Of a stretch of 64,000 nt of DNA, positions 30,962 to 42,449 are shown in pieces. Both the position numbers and the translations under genes were made by a program. Where the stretch lies: the NCBI RefSeq assembly GCF_033878955.1, contig NZ_CP138858.1, forward strand, positions 2,556,803 through 2,620,802. The letters run 5' to 3'. This DNA comes from Coraliomargarita algicola. GTDB taxonomy: Bacteria > Verrucomicrobiota > Verrucomicrobiia > Opitutales > Coraliomargaritaceae. The notes beneath the pieces were generated by a model. That model had not been told where the DNA came from. It was given only the letters and a program-made list of their open reading frames with translations, and did not search any database. Each line of letters starts with the position of its first letter. The stretch's first letter is position 1.

Positions 30962-33040
30962 CTACTTCTGACCAAGCATCAGAAATTTCTGAACACTCTC
31001 GTTGGCCAAACCAAACTTCTCGGCCAAACCTGCGAGTCCGCGAATGCGACTTAGCTTATCCTGGTCATTGGTCTCTGAAGCGAGTTTCAACATCAGATTC
31101 GCCACAGACAGATCCTTCACCGTAGCCACATCGATATTAAAATCCTTGAGCCAGTTCGAAACCTGCGCTCTGAAGTATTCCGGATCTCCATTGAAGAAGG
31201 TCTCCTTCACATCAGTTAGCGCGGGACTACTGCTTAAGGTGCGCTCAAAAGACTTACCACGGGTGACGGCACCAATGATGTCATTATAGAATTCAGTGCT
31301 ACCGCCCACGATGTCGACCTTGGTATTCTTAAGCGACTCGGAAAGCACCTGAGCCTGATGGCGTGCGATCTCTTCGTTGACGCGAATGCTCTCAAGTTCG
31401 ATCTCCTTATCTTTTTCAAGGCGTAGCTTAAACTCTTCGTGCTCCTTACCGGCCTCGTTGAAGAGTTTCATCGCAGCAGCCTTTTCAGTGATGCCCTTCG
31501 CATCTGCTTCAAACTTGAGTTCAGAGGTCTTCGCGTCCGCCTCGCCCTGTCTCAGGCTTGCAGTGGCTTTGGCTTCCATCACTTTGGCTTCACCCAAACC
31601 TTGTGCTGCCGTCTCAGCGGCAACACCTTCAGCCAAATGCTTCTTCGCCAAAGCTTGCTTCACCGATGCCGCTTCTTCTGCTTCTGCGGCAATCACGATT
31701 TCCTCGGAGGACAACTCAGTCGCACGCTTACTGGACTCCGCCTTGCGCACTTGCTTATAAAACTCTTCGTCGGCCTTTAGCTTCTCTGCCTCTTGGCTGG
31801 CCTCAGCATCCTTTAAGCGAGTGAGCTTCTCACGCTCGGCCTTTTCTTCCGCATCGGTAATCGACACCCGCTTCTGACGATCGGCTGTAGCAAAGGCTTC
31901 CGTATCCTTAATCTTCTCCTGCTCGACCACGACGGTCTTTTCAACCATCACGCGCTCCTTGATCACATCCTGAATATTACGTTTCTCGATTTCGACGGCT
32001 TTGGTCTTTTCGATGTCTGCCAAGGTGGTGACCTTATCACGCTCCACCACTTCAAGCTGGCGGTCGCGCTCAACACGCTCTGTTTCAACCGCTTCCGTCT
32101 TTTGCTTATTCTTTTCTGCGACAATCACTTGGCGCTCCATATTCTGTTGCGCGATTTGTAATTCCTCCTCGGTATTGATCCGGGCCTGCTCGGCGCGTAA
32201 ACGTTGCTCTTCGGAGACACGCTTCGCCTCCGCCTCTTCACGAGAGCGGATCACCGCGATCTCACGCTTCTGCTTCTCTTCCGCTTCCGCCTGTTGCTTC
32301 TCCATCTCCAACACGGCTTCGATACGCTGCACATCGTTTTGCTTGATGGTTTGGATGCGGCGATTGGCGATCTCATTCTCCAGAATTGCTTGCGTCGCGG
32401 TACGCTCAGCAATCTTCTTGATACCCTCAGAGTCTAAAATGTTATCAGGATTCAATGCCTCCAGTGGCGTTTGCTCGAGGTAGTCAATGGCCACGTCTTC
32501 CAGCGCATAACCATTCAAATCCTGCCCAATGACTTCGATGATCTTATTACGAAAATCAATGCGATCGGTGTAAAGACTCTCAAAGTCGAACTGCTTACCC
32601 GCAGTCTTTAAAGCCTCCGAGAACTTCGCATCAAATAGCTCGCGAATCTTATCCAGATCCGATGCACGCTCACAACCGACGGCCTTCGCGACCGCTTTGA
32701 CATCGTTCTCGTGTGGGTTCACCCGCACATAGAAGCCCACACTGATATCCGCTCGCACGTTATCTTGGCAAATCAGGCCGTCCTTACCACGGCGATCCAA
32801 GGGCAAGTGCTGCACCCGCAAATCCATGATCTCCAATTTGTGCAGGACCGGCACACTCACCATACCCGCAAACGAGACCTGTGTGCCACCAAAGCCATTA
32901 CGCACCAGCGCATAGCCTTGATCCACCTTACGGTACATTTTAATCAGTGTGACCAACAGGCCCACAATCGCCGCAGCAATCCCCAGCAACACTGTGAGTC
33001 CCACAGATTCAATAATAGCAAGTGAGTATAATATATTCAT
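30962..33040 (-). CDS. flotillin (SPFH/Band-7) family protein, YqiK-like
   Basis: N-terminal TM anchor, SPFH core and a long EA-rich coiled-coil tail. Confidence 0.85.
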   Translation of the reverse strand: MNILYSLAIIESVGLTVLLGIAAAIVGLLVTLIKMYRKVDQGYALVRNGFGGTQVSFAGMVSVPVLHKLEIMDLRVQHLPLDRRGKDGLICQDNVRADISVGFYVRVNPHENDVKAVAKAVGCERASDLDKIRELFDAKFSEALKTAGKQFDFESLYTDRIDFRNKIIEVIGQDLNGYALEDVAIDYLEQTPLEALNPDNILDSEGIKKIAERTATQAILENEIANRRIQTIKQNDVQRIEAVLEMEKQQAEAEEKQKREIAVIRSREEAEAKRVSEEQRLRAEQARINTEEELQIAQQNMERQVIVAEKNKQKTEAVETERVERDRQLEVVERDKVTTLADIEKTKAVEIEKRNIQDVIKERVMVEKTVVVEQEKIKDTEAFATADRQKRVSITDAEEKAEREKLTRLKDAEASQEAEKLKADEEFYKQVRKAESSKRATELSSEEIVIAAEAEEAASVKQALAKKHLAEGVAAETAAQGLGEAKVMEAKATASLRQGEADAKTSELKFEADAKGITEKAAAMKLFNEAGKEHEEFKLRLEKDKEIELESIRVNEEIARHQAQVLSESLKNTKVDIVGGSTEFYNDIIGAVTRGKSFERTLSSSPALTDVKETFFNGDPEYFRAQVSNWLKDFNIDVATVKDLSVANLMLKLASETNDQDKLSRIRGLAGLAEKFGLANESVQKFLMLGQK

Positions 33041-33044
33041 TTTT

Positions 33045-33716
33045 TTAGATCTTGGTTAATTCGTTGGTTATTTTCCTGACTGTATAAAGCATGTGCTGTG
33101 AATCCTCACTGATGATTAAAGCGGAATCTCCCGCTAGCAGCGGCCCGGATTCGGAGGCTGAGCGTACATTGATGACCAAGGGCCCCTCCGGGGTGCTGAC
33201 TTCCGCTTGTCCAAAATGAGCGTCCACACGATCTGAGCGCACACGGCAGGTGCGGCCAATCATCGTGAGATTACCATCAGTCTTATCCTCGAGGCGTTTG
33301 TAGAATACCGCCACCGGCCACAAAGCCAGTGACGAAATAATCAATCCAGGAATCGCGACTGCAAAAGAAACGGCGAAACCAATCACTCCAGAATTACCGG
33401 AGTTAAGATAAAAGTTACCAATTAAAGCCATCGCCCAAGCACAAATCACCAGCCCAGACACCACCACCATCAAGGGCAAACTCCCCAAATGAATAAACTC
33501 CATGACACCCGCTAATGCCCCCGCACCGGGATTGGCATCCACATCCACGTCCGCGTCTACGTCGACATCCGCATCGACATCCAGGTCGAACCCAAGGAAA
33601 TCCAAATCCACGATCCCAAAAACCGCAATGAGCCAGTACAACAATACCAGGACCAACATTAGGGTCCATGGCAAATTATACCAACGTAGGGCTTCAGTAA
33701 ACAATTCTTCAATCAT
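33045..33716 (-). CDS. NfeD/YqiJ-like inner-membrane protein
   Basis: Multi-TM N-terminus, acidic (DVDA)n linker and a C-terminal OB-fold-like domain. Sits 4 bp upstream of the flotillin, as in E. coli yqiJK. Confidence 0.6.
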   Translation of the reverse strand: MIEELFTEALRWYNLPWTLMLVLVLLYWLIAVFGIVDLDFLGFDLDVDADVDVDADVDVDANPGAGALAGVMEFIHLGSLPLMVVVSGLVICAWAMALIGNFYLNSGNSGVIGFAVSFAVAIPGLIISSLALWPVAVFYKRLEDKTDGNLTMIGRTCRVRSDRVDAHFGQAEVSTPEGPLVINVRSASESGPLLAGDSALIISEDSQHMLYTVRKITNELTKI

Positions 33717-33828
33717 GCAATTTCAGGGCAGAATGATAACACGAAATCTGAGAAGATATATTACAATAAGCGAGCGATTTTATACAATCACCTTGCCTAA
33801 ATAAGCAAAAACCTCGAAATCCTTAAGC

Positions 33829-34311
33829 GTGCAATCTCACGAAATCATCAAAACTTGCTTTGCCAACAGCTCCCCCAAGGCGCTCGCCGCCGAGCTCGGC
33901 ATTTCGCAATCGCTCATCTACAAATGGTCACAACCGGTGGGCGAGTCTCAGAGCGGCTCCAAAAATCCGCTAGACAGAGTCTGCGCCCTCAACCAGGCCT
34001 GCAGCGATAACCAACTGATCAAATGGCTCGCCGCTCAGGCTGACGGCTACTTCGTACCGAATAAAGTGGTGCACTCTGAGCTCGATGCACTCAACCCCGC
34101 CACGCACGAAATGGTCAGCCAATTCGCCTCCCTACTGGGAGCCATCGCCCACGCAGGACTCGACGAGAGAATCACCCGCGAAGAAGCGGCCGACATACGG
34201 CAGCGCTGGGACACCTTAAAGTCCTTTGCCGACGGCTTTGTAAATGCCTGCGAACGCGGCGACTTCGATAAAATGAAGGAAATCGAAAAACAGTGGCAGC
34301 AGAGCAGTTAG
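33829..34311 (+). CDS. phage CII-like / YdaS-type HTH DNA-binding protein
   Basis: HTH LAAELGISQSLIYKWSQP. Divergent from the yqiJ-flotillin-AAA operon. Confidence 0.45.
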   Translation: MQSHEIIKTCFANSSPKALAAELGISQSLIYKWSQPVGESQSGSKNPLDRVCALNQACSDNQLIKWLAAQADGYFVPNKVVHSELDALNPATHEMVSQFASLLGAIAHAGLDERITREEAADIRQRWDTLKSFADGFVNACERGDFDKMKEIEKQWQQSS

Positions 34312-34507
34312 AGCGTTTCTCAAAAATAGAATTATATTCAGAAAAAGCTGATAAAATCTCTGCGAGTGTAGCGGATCGGCAAAGCCGTTTCGAGCGAGTG
34401 ATGTCGCGCTGCCGCAAGTCGAAATCGCTTCGCGATTCCGCTACATTTAAACGAAAAATCATCGGTCAATATCTCAGCCTGAAAGACCCAAGAAACAGAT
34501 AAACATA

Positions 34508-34540
34508 AAAGCCCCGCAACTTTGCAGCTGCGGGGCTCTA
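34508..34540 (-). terminator. rho-independent terminator after rpsJ
   Basis: agccccgcagctgcaaagttgcggggct followed by tttt on the minus strand. Confidence 0.5.
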
Positions 34541-34583
34541 AAACACTCACCAATCCTAAGATTGGGGCTACCTAAAAAAATGC

Positions 34584-34892
34584 TTAGACGTTGATAGAAA
34601 TATCAACACCAGCAGGGAGGTTGAGCTTCTTGAGCTCGTCCACTGTGGCTGCAGTCGGCTCGACGATGTCGATCAAACGCTTGTGTGTGCGAACTTCGAA
34701 CTGATCCATCGACTTCTTATTAACGTGAACGGAACGATTCACAGTGAACTTTTCGATTTTAGTAGGAAGGGGCACAGGGCCAGCAACGCGAGCGCCGGAA
34801 CGCTTAGCTGTTTCGACGATGTCCGCAGCGGACTGGTCAATTACGCGATAATCAAAGCCTTTGAGGCGAATACGGATACGTGGTGTGCTCAT
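34584..34892 (-). CDS. rpsJ: 30S ribosomal protein S10
   Basis: [21 protein letters not shown]... is canonical S10. Confidence 0.95.
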   Translation of the reverse strand: MSTPRIRIRLKGFDYRVIDQSAADIVETAKRSGARVAGPVPLPTKIEKFTVNRSVHVNKKSMDQFEVRTHKRLIDIVEPTAATVDELKKLNLPAGVDISINV

Positions 34893-34958
34893 ATTATATA
34901 TTTGTTTGGTTAAGTTGTTGGTTTAAAAATTCGTTTTACTGAACTCGCTGGTCTCGCT

Positions 34959-37106
34959 CTAGTAACGGCCGCGAGTCGAGGTTTCTAAAATTTTATTGAG
35001 AACGTTTTGTGGAACCGCCTCGAAGGACTCAGGCTGCATACTATAAGAGGCACGCCCCTTACTGAGTGAACGCACAACAGTGGCGTATCCGAACATTTCC
35101 TGCAAGGGCACCAGAGCAGCGATTGTAACAAACGCAGTCTTGCCCACCACATTCTGGATCTGACCACGGCGACGGTTCAAATCTCCCATGATATCGCCCT
35201 GATACTCGTCGGGCGTCTCCACCTCGACCTTCATCATCGGCTCCAGCAATTGCGGACCGGCCTTTTCCATAGCATCACGGAATGCAAAGATACCGGCCAT
35301 TTTGAACGACATCTCCGAGGAGTCGACCTCATGAAAGGAGCCATCAAAGAGTGTGACCTTGAAATCAACAACGGGATAACCGCAGACGGAACCATTGTTG
35401 GCGGCTTCGCGTATGCCATCCAAGGTGGGCTTGATAAATTCCTTGGGAATCACGCCACCGACCGTCTTATCTACGATTTCAATTCCAGCTCCGCGCTCCA
35501 GTGGCTCCAGCTTAATGCGTGCGTGACCATACTGACCACTTCCACCGGTTTGGCGCACAAACTTACCCTCACCCTCAGATGCCATGGTAACTGTTTCACG
35601 ATAGGCGATCTGCGGACGGCCGGCTTCAGCGCCGACTTTAAACTCACGGAAGAGACGATCCTTAATGATTTCGAGGTGCAGTTCGCCCATGCCGGCAATG
35701 ATAGTCTGACCGGTTTCTTCATCCGAACTCACCACAAAGGTAGGATCTTCTTCGGACAGGCGCTGCAAACCGGTCGCCATCTTTTCTTGATCGGCGGTAG
35801 TCTTCGGCTCGATGGACATCGAGATCACCGGCTCTGGAAATGTGGGTGGCTCAAGGCGCACATCAAATCCCTTAGCACACAATGTATCGCCCGTAACGAC
35901 ATCGCGCGCACCGACGATCGCGCAAATATCCCCCGAGTAAGCCACATCAATGTCTTCACGGGAATCTGCCTTCATGACCAGCAGTCGCGAAATTCGCTCG
36001 GTTTTACCCGTGCGCGGATTGTAAAGGGCAGTGCCTTTCGCAAGTGTGCCTGAATAAACCCGCATAAAAACGAGCTTACCCACATAGCCGTCATTCATCA
36101 GCTTAAAAGCAAGTCCGGCAAATTGAGCGTTATCGTCGGGGGCGACTTCGAGATCGCGTCCTTGCTCGGTCTCCCCCTTCATCGGTGGCAAATCAAGCGG
36201 GCATGGCAAATAGTTGACAACGGATTCGAGAACCGCTTGCACCCCCTTGTTCTTAAAGGCACTGCCAGGAATCACTCCACAGAAGCCCAGCGAAATCGTG
36301 GCGGCACGAATGGCAGCACGAATATCGTCTGCAGAAAGTTCTTCACCTTCGAGGTATTTATCAGCCAGCGCGTCATCAAAATCGGCAAGGGCTTCGATCA
36401 GCTTCTCGCGATACTCATTGGCTTGATCGACGTAATCGGCTGGAATCTCCGTCACATCAAAGGTCATCCCGCTAGGGTCTGCCGCGTCGTAGATGCGGGC
36501 ATTCATCGATGCCAGATCAATCAGACCTATAAAATCTTCTTCCGAACCGATCGGCAAAAAGATTGGATGGGCGTTTGCCGCGAGGCGCTCACGCATGGAT
36601 TCGATCGCAGCAAAAAAATCTGCCCCCACGCGATCCATCTTATTCACAAATGCGATGCGCGGGACATGATACTTCGTCATTTGCCGCCAGACCGTTTCGG
36701 ACTGTGGTTGCACACCAGCAACGGCACAAAAAACACCGATAGTGCCATCCAGCACTCGCAATGAGCGCTCGACTTCGGCCGTAAAATCGACGTGACCGGG
36801 AGTGTCGATGATATTGATCTTATTACAGATCCCGGCGAACGGACCCTCTTGATTGGTCCAATTGCAAGTAATCGCGGCCGAAGTGATCGTGATGCCACGT
36901 TCGCGCTCCTGCTCCATCCAGTCGGTAACCGCGCTACCTTCATGGACTTCGCCCATTTTATGGACGACACCTGCGTAAAATAAAATTCTTTCCGTCGTCG
37001 TCGTCTTGCCCGCATCGATATGCGCAGCTATGCCAATATTACGCGTATGCTCCAAGGGGAACTTACGCTTCGGCGAGTTAGCGGACGCTGTACTAGTAGC
37101 GGACAT
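34959..37106 (-). CDS. fusA: elongation factor G
   Basis: [20 protein letters not shown] and a full-length EF-G. Confidence 0.95.
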   Translation of the reverse strand: MSATSTASANSPKRKFPLEHTRNIGIAAHIDAGKTTTTERILFYAGVVHKMGEVHEGSAVTDWMEQERERGITITSAAITCNWTNQEGPFAGICNKINIIDTPGHVDFTAEVERSLRVLDGTIGVFCAVAGVQPQSETVWRQMTKYHVPRIAFVNKMDRVGADFFAAIESMRERLAANAHPIFLPIGSEEDFIGLIDLASMNARIYDAADPSGMTFDVTEIPADYVDQANEYREKLIEALADFDDALADKYLEGEELSADDIRAAIRAATISLGFCGVIPGSAFKNKGVQAVLESVVNYLPCPLDLPPMKGETEQGRDLEVAPDDNAQFAGLAFKLMNDGYVGKLVFMRVYSGTLAKGTALYNPRTGKTERISRLLVMKADSREDIDVAYSGDICAIVGARDVVTGDTLCAKGFDVRLEPPTFPEPVISMSIEPKTTADQEKMATGLQRLSEEDPTFVVSSDEETGQTIIAGMGELHLEIIKDRLFREFKVGAEAGRPQIAYRETVTMASEGEGKFVRQTGGSGQYGHARIKLEPLERGAGIEIVDKTVGGVIPKEFIKPTLDGIREAANNGSVCGYPVVDFKVTLFDGSFHEVDSSEMSFKMAGIFAFRDAMEKAGPQLLEPMMKVEVETPDEYQGDIMGDLNRRRGQIQNVVGKTAFVTIAALVPLQEMFGYATVVRSLSKGRASYSMQPESFEAVPQNVLNKILETSTRGRY

Positions 37107-37156
37107 AGAAGAGATTCGACTGGAAAAGAACGGGGAATGCGAGGTGAGTCCGCGGA

Positions 37157-37630
37157 CTACCAGCGCAAGTGTGCGAAGGCACGATTCGCTTGAGCCATGC
37201 GGTGCACTTCTTCCTTCTTCTTAACAACGCCACCCGTATTGTTATAAGCGTCGATAATTTCATCAGCCAAAGCCTCATTCATAGGAACGCCCTTACGGCT
37301 ACGAGCCGCATTGACCATCCAACGGAAAGCAAGTGCTTGCTGACGCTCGAAAGAGATTTCGACGGGCACTTGATACGTAGCACCACCGACACGACGGCTC
37401 TTCACTTCAAGCTTAGGACGTGAGTTCTCAAGTGCACCCATAACCAGATCGACTGGATCGCCCTTTTCGAGCTTCTCGCTGACACGCTGGAATGCGGTGT
37501 AAACGATCTTTTGAGCCACAGTGCGCTTACCACGCTCCATGATCATATTCACAAGATTGGCAACCAGAGTGCTATTATAGCGAGGATCTGGAATAAGAGG
37601 ACGTTTTACGGCTTGGCGACGACGTGACAT
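37157..37630 (-). CDS. rpsG: 30S ribosomal protein S7
   Basis: Canonical S7 sequence. Confidence 0.95.
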   Translation of the reverse strand: MSRRRQAVKRPLIPDPRYNSTLVANLVNMIMERGKRTVAQKIVYTAFQRVSEKLEKGDPVDLVMGALENSRPKLEVKSRRVGGATYQVPVEISFERQQALAFRWMVNAARSRKGVPMNEALADEIIDAYNNTGGVVKKKEEVHRMAQANRAFAHLRW

Positions 37631-37700
37631 AGTAAGAAAGAAATAAGATTTAAGAAATCAGAATTAAGAAACACCTAATTTAAGAAGCACTTAACAGGCT

Positions 37701-38081
37701 TCAGGAAGCCTCCTTAGGACGCTTCACGCCATACTTAGAACGGCTACGGCGACGCTTCTCTACTCCAACACAGTCAAGTGTGCCACGAACGATGTGATAG
37801 CGAACACCAGGAAGGTCCTTCACACGACCACCACGCACCAGCACGATACTGTGCTCCTGCAAGTTGTGACCTTCATCAGGAATGTAGGCAATCACTTCGA
37901 TGCCATTAGTCAGACGAACCTTAGCCACCTTACGGATAGCAGAGTTCGGCTTTTTAGGCGTACGAGTCATAACTTGAACACAGACACCACGGCGAAATGG
38001 GTTCTTGTCCAGGTGACGAGACTTGGATTTTACCTTTTGAACAACACGAGGGTTGCGGACTAGTTGGTTAATTGTTGGCAT
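37701..38081 (-). CDS. rpsL: 30S ribosomal protein S12
   Basis: MPTINQLVR...PKKPNSA is canonical S12. Confidence 0.95.
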   Translation of the reverse strand: MPTINQLVRNPRVVQKVKSKSRHLDKNPFRRGVCVQVMTRTPKKPNSAIRKVAKVRLTNGIEVIAYIPDEGHNLQEHSIVLVRGGRVKDLPGVRYHIVRGTLDCVGVEKRRRSRSKYGVKRPKEAS

Positions 38082-38400
38082 TGAAATTGATCGCTGGAAT
38101 TAGAGAAAGACGGCGAAAGTAGCGCTTGGCCTTTCCTGTGCAAGTACCTTTTTGCATTTTTTTTGAGGAACGAAATCACGCCCAGCGTACTATCCATGCG
38201 GGTTCCAGAGCCTCAGTGGATTATACATAAATAGGAGGTGCACATTTTTGCCCTCTTAGATGCCAGACAAATGCGATAACGCCCAGAGAGAATGGCAACG
38301 CAAACAAATAACACCAACAAGCTGCGCCAACCGCACAAACAGCCTCAGCCCACTCAACTCGCAGGCTTGCAAATACAGCTCTGGCCCACAATCTCGCCCC

Positions 38401-39612
38401 ATGCTCACTAGCCTACTCGGATACTGTTTATTAATCGCCTTTGCCTGGCTTTGCTCCAGCGCTCGTAAAAACATCAACTGGAGAACAGTCCTAGGAGCGA
38501 TCGTCATACAATTCGGCTTCGGCGCGCTGGTCCTCTATTCCCCATGGGGCAAATTCGGGCTTGAAGTCCTTTCAGTCATGGTCGGCGACGTCATCAACTT
38601 TGGCTTTGTAGGCATTGAATTCCTATTCGGCGGACTGGCCGGCCACAAACACAACCTAGGCTTCCTCTTCGCCTTCACGGTATTACCAGTGATCATATTT
38701 TTCTCATCGCTGATCTCCGTACTCTACTTCTTACGAGTCATGCCCATCATCGTCGCCTCATTGGGCGGCGTCATCCAGAAGCTACTCGGCACCAGTCGCG
38801 CGGAATCGCTCAGCGCGACCGCCAATATTTTTGTGGGACAAACTGAGGCACCACTCGTCATCAAGCCCTACCTGGCGCGCATGACCAAGTCGGAATTTTT
38901 TGCCATCATGGTCGGCGGACTCTCCTCAATCGCAGGCAGCGTAATGGCCGGCTACGCCAGCATGGGAGTCAGCCTGGAATTCCTACTGGCGGCCTGCTTC
39001 ATGGCGGCCCCCGCAGGCCTACTCTTTGCCAAACTGCTCATGCCCGAAACCGAAGTGCCCAATAATGAAAAGCTGCCAGAGGCAATCGACGGAGCCCCCG
39101 TCAATGTATTCGACGCAGCGGCGCAAGGCGCCAGCGACGGTCTCAAGCTCGCACTCAATGTCGGCGCCATGCTAATCGCATTCGTCGGACTCATCGCCCT
39201 GAGCAATGGAATACTTGGCAACGTCGGCGACCGTCTCGGACTGGATAACCTCAGCATACAATTATTACTAGGCTACGCCTTCTGCCCACTTGCCTGGATC
39301 TTAGGCATCCCATGGGAGCACGCGATCCAGGGCGGCGCCATCATCGGCCAAAAAATCGTGCTCAACGAATTTGTCGCATTCCTGGAATTTACCAATATAA
39401 AAGAGACACTCAACCTGCGTAGCCAAGCGATACTCACCTTTGCACTGTGCGGCTTTGCCAACTTTTCATCCATCGCCATCCTACTAGGCGGGCTTGGCAG
39501 CCTAATCCCCCAACGTCGCAGCGAAATCGCACAACTCGGCATGCGCGCCCTGCTCGCAGCTTCGCTAGCCAACTTCTCCAGCGGCGCAATCGCCGGAATG
39601 CTCGTGCAGTAA
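38401..39612 (+). CDS. NupC/CNT-family concentrative nucleoside transporter
   Basis: Multi-TM protein with a NupC-like C-terminus ([15 protein letters not shown]...). The start is inferred at MLTSLLG. Confidence 0.7.
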   Translation: MLTSLLGYCLLIAFAWLCSSARKNINWRTVLGAIVIQFGFGALVLYSPWGKFGLEVLSVMVGDVINFGFVGIEFLFGGLAGHKHNLGFLFAFTVLPVIIFFSSLISVLYFLRVMPIIVASLGGVIQKLLGTSRAESLSATANIFVGQTEAPLVIKPYLARMTKSEFFAIMVGGLSSIAGSVMAGYASMGVSLEFLLAACFMAAPAGLLFAKLLMPETEVPNNEKLPEAIDGAPVNVFDAAAQGASDGLKLALNVGAMLIAFVGLIALSNGILGNVGDRLGLDNLSIQLLLGYAFCPLAWILGIPWEHAIQGGAIIGQKIVLNEFVAFLEFTNIKETLNLRSQAILTFALCGFANFSSIAILLGGLGSLIPQRRSEIAQLGMRALLAASLANFSSGAIAGMLVQ

Positions 39613-39659
39613 GCATTTCAGAGTTGCCAATTCAACTAGCCTTAGCGTTGTTTGGACAC

Positions 39660-40535
39660 ATGAAACTCATCGACGGTAACGCTATAGCAGAATCCATTAT
39701 CGAAGAGCTGACCACTCAGGTCAGCCAAATCCAAGGGAAAAAGCCCGTAGTGGCCTTCATCAGAGTAGGCGACGACCCCGCCTCCGTCTCCTACGTGCGC
39801 AAAAAAGAAAAGACCGCCCAGCGCATTGGCATCGAAAGTCGCCTTTACCTGCTCCCCGAAGATGTCAGCAAGGAAGCCCTGTTTGCACAAATCGACAGCC
39901 TCAACGCCGATGCCGACATCAACGGAATCCTAATCCAAGCGCCCCTGCCCAAACACATCGACGAAACAGAGACTTTTAACCGCGTGCTCCCCAGCAAAGA
40001 TGTCGATGGCTTCAACACACTGAACATCGGCAAGCTCTGCCAAGAAGATGACAGCGGCTTCGTCGCCTGCACCCCCGCTGGCATCGTAGAACTCATTCAA
40101 CGCAGTGACATCGAGACCGAAGGCAAACATGTCGTCGTACTCGGCCGCAGCCAAATCGTAGGCAAGCCCGCAGCCCTACTCATGATGCGCAAAGCACTCC
40201 CCGGCAATGCCACAGTCACCGTCTGCCACTCCCGCACCCAAGACCTCCCCGGTATCACACGCCAAGCCGACATACTGATCGCTGCGATCGGACGCGCCAA
40301 CTTCGTTACCGGCGACATGGTCAAGGAGGGCGTAGCCGTTATCGATGTGGGCATCAACCGCGTCGAAGACAGCAGCAAGAAGCGCGGCTACCGCCTAGTC
40401 GGCGACGTCGAATTCGATGCCGTGGCCCCCAAAGCTTCACAAATCACTCCCGTCCCCGGAGGCGTCGGCCCAATGACCGTTGCCATGCTCATGCACAACA
40501 CACTCCGTGCATTCAAAGCTGCTCAAGCCGGATGA
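39660..40535 (+). CDS. folD: bifunctional methylenetetrahydrofolate dehydrogenase/cyclohydrolase
   Basis: Colinear with FolD ([10 protein letters not shown]...GGVGPMT). Confidence 0.9.
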   Translation: MKLIDGNAIAESIIEELTTQVSQIQGKKPVVAFIRVGDDPASVSYVRKKEKTAQRIGIESRLYLLPEDVSKEALFAQIDSLNADADINGILIQAPLPKHIDETETFNRVLPSKDVDGFNTLNIGKLCQEDDSGFVACTPAGIVELIQRSDIETEGKHVVVLGRSQIVGKPAALLMMRKALPGNATVTVCHSRTQDLPGITRQADILIAAIGRANFVTGDMVKEGVAVIDVGINRVEDSSKKRGYRLVGDVEFDAVAPKASQITPVPGGVGPMTVAMLMHNTLRAFKAAQAG

Positions 40536-41191
40536 GCACCCCCGAACCCAAACCAGACGAGCACGCGAAAGAAAGCTCCCAGCCCAAAGCTCCCAGCGCG
40601 GGCAACCTGCTCGACTCGATTTTCCGCAAAGACGGCCCCATGCCGCCTGCCAGCGTTCGCCTGCGTGCCCTCGCCTTCCTACTCGACTTCATCCTAATCT
40701 CGGCAGTGGCCTCTGTCATTATCTGGAAAATCGTGCTGCCTCAATCACACCCGGCGGCATTCACCGAGCTATCCGAATGGACACAAGCCGTCGTGACTTG
40801 GTATAGCGAGCGTGCCAGCACGCCCGATGCGACGATCCCGGAACCGAGCAAAAATCTCACCCGCGCCCTCGCGGTTGCCAACGAACTACAAATGCTCACT
40901 TTTTGGCTCTACTTCGCAATTGGAGAAGCCTTCTTCGCCGGCAGCTCACTCGGCAAGCGGATCTGTCGCATACGCAGCGTCAGCACCGTCACTTTAAGCA
41001 CGCCCCCGATCATGTCTGGCATCGTTCGCGGCGGCCTAAAAACTCTCACACTCTATCTATTCTTCCCCTTTGGCCTAATCGCCACCCTCGCGACCCTGTT
41101 TTTCAACAAACGGCGCCAAATGGGGCACGATTTAATGAGCCGCACCGCTGTTATCGACGAAAAACTCGTAAATATGCAGAGTTCAAAGTAA
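40532..41191 (+). CDS. RDD-family membrane protein
   Basis: TM pattern with conserved R/D positions. Confidence 0.4.
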   Translation: MSTPEPKPDEHAKESSQPKAPSAGNLLDSIFRKDGPMPPASVRLRALAFLLDFILISAVASVIIWKIVLPQSHPAAFTELSEWTQAVVTWYSERASTPDATIPEPSKNLTRALAVANELQMLTFWLYFAIGEAFFAGSSLGKRICRIRSVSTVTLSTPPIMSGIVRGGLKTLTLYLFFPFGLIATLATLFFNKRRQMGHDLMSRTAVIDEKLVNMQSSK

Positions 41192-41317
41192 GACACATTG
41201 CGTATCCGTCATCCTACGTTTTCTGTTTTGCCAAAATCATAATTATAGATCACATTTAGACTCAGAATTAGAAACTTTACTTGATCTTAGATCCTCCACA
41301 CTCAGAACAGCGCCATT

Positions 41318-42430
41318 TTGATCAGAAAACAACAGCCCAAAATCCTCGTCGTCGACGACCAACCGATCAACATTAAGCTGCTCCAACGCAAACTAGAGCG
41401 CCAAGGCATGGATGTCTACGTGGCCTACAATGGGCGCGAATGTTTAAGCACCGTCGCAGAAACCAAGCCAGACCTCATTCTGCTCGACATTATGATGCCT
41501 GAGATGGACGGCATCGAGACCTGCCAACGCCTCAAGTCAAACCCTCTCACCGAGACCATCCCCATCATTTTCATCACCGCGAAAGCCTCCAAGGAAGGGA
41601 AACTTGAAGGCCTGGACGCGGGCGCTGTCGACTATATCACCAAGCCGATCGACCTCGACGAAACGCTCGCCCGCGTGCGCACACAGCTGCGCCTACAGGA
41701 AATGTTTCGCGAAAACCTCCAACTACAGGTACGCCTCGGCGACGCACGCAAAGCCGCGGCCGTCGGCGCGATCACCCAAGGCATCGCACATAACTTAAAC
41801 AACCTGCTCGGTGTCGTCGTCGGCTACCTCGACCTGATTAAAAACGGTCACGACAGCCCCGACATGGTCAAACACAGCGTCGGCCTGATGGATAATGCCA
41901 TCACCCGCATGGTAAATATCATACGCCAGCTCGGCACCATCGCCAACAACGAACGCCTCGAACTCACCACACTTTCCGCCTCGGATCTAATCGAAAGCAG
42001 TGTCGAGCGCTACCGCACAGAGTATGAAGTCCCAAGCCAGGTCACCATCGAATCCTCACTCGACAGCGACACCAACATCTCGGCCAACGCGGAAACCTTC
42101 GAGATCATCTTGGGCAAGCTCCTGATTAACGCATGGGAAAGCTACCCCAAAAACACACCCGCAGAAGAGCGCAGCATCATTTTAAAGGCCAGCATCGATC
42201 GTGAACGTGGCCCCGCCATGCTAAAACTACAAGTGACCGACCATGGCACAGGCATCTCCCCCGAGGTGAGCGACACACTATTTGAGCCCTTCATTACGAC
42301 CAAAACTTCAGTCGGACGCGGCATGGGCCTCACCATCGCACGCCACACCATCCGCAACCTCGAAGGCGAACTCCATTTAAAAGAAAATCCCGAAGGCGGC
42401 GTCACCGCCACCTTCACCCACCCTCTGTAA
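41318..42430 (+). CDS. hybrid response-regulator receiver / histidine kinase
   Basis: N-terminal REC (KILVVDDQ...DLILLDIMMPEMDG), an H-box region and a C-terminal HATPase. Confidence 0.8.
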   Translation: MIRKQQPKILVVDDQPINIKLLQRKLERQGMDVYVAYNGRECLSTVAETKPDLILLDIMMPEMDGIETCQRLKSNPLTETIPIIFITAKASKEGKLEGLDAGAVDYITKPIDLDETLARVRTQLRLQEMFRENLQLQVRLGDARKAAAVGAITQGIAHNLNNLLGVVVGYLDLIKNGHDSPDMVKHSVGLMDNAITRMVNIIRQLGTIANNERLELTTLSASDLIESSVERYRTEYEVPSQVTIESSLDSDTNISANAETFEIILGKLLINAWESYPKNTPAEERSIILKASIDRERGPAMLKLQVTDHGTGISPEVSDTLFEPFITTKTSVGRGMGLTIARHTIRNLEGELHLKENPEGGVTATFTHPL

Positions 42431-42449
42431 GCAGGCTAGAACAATACTT

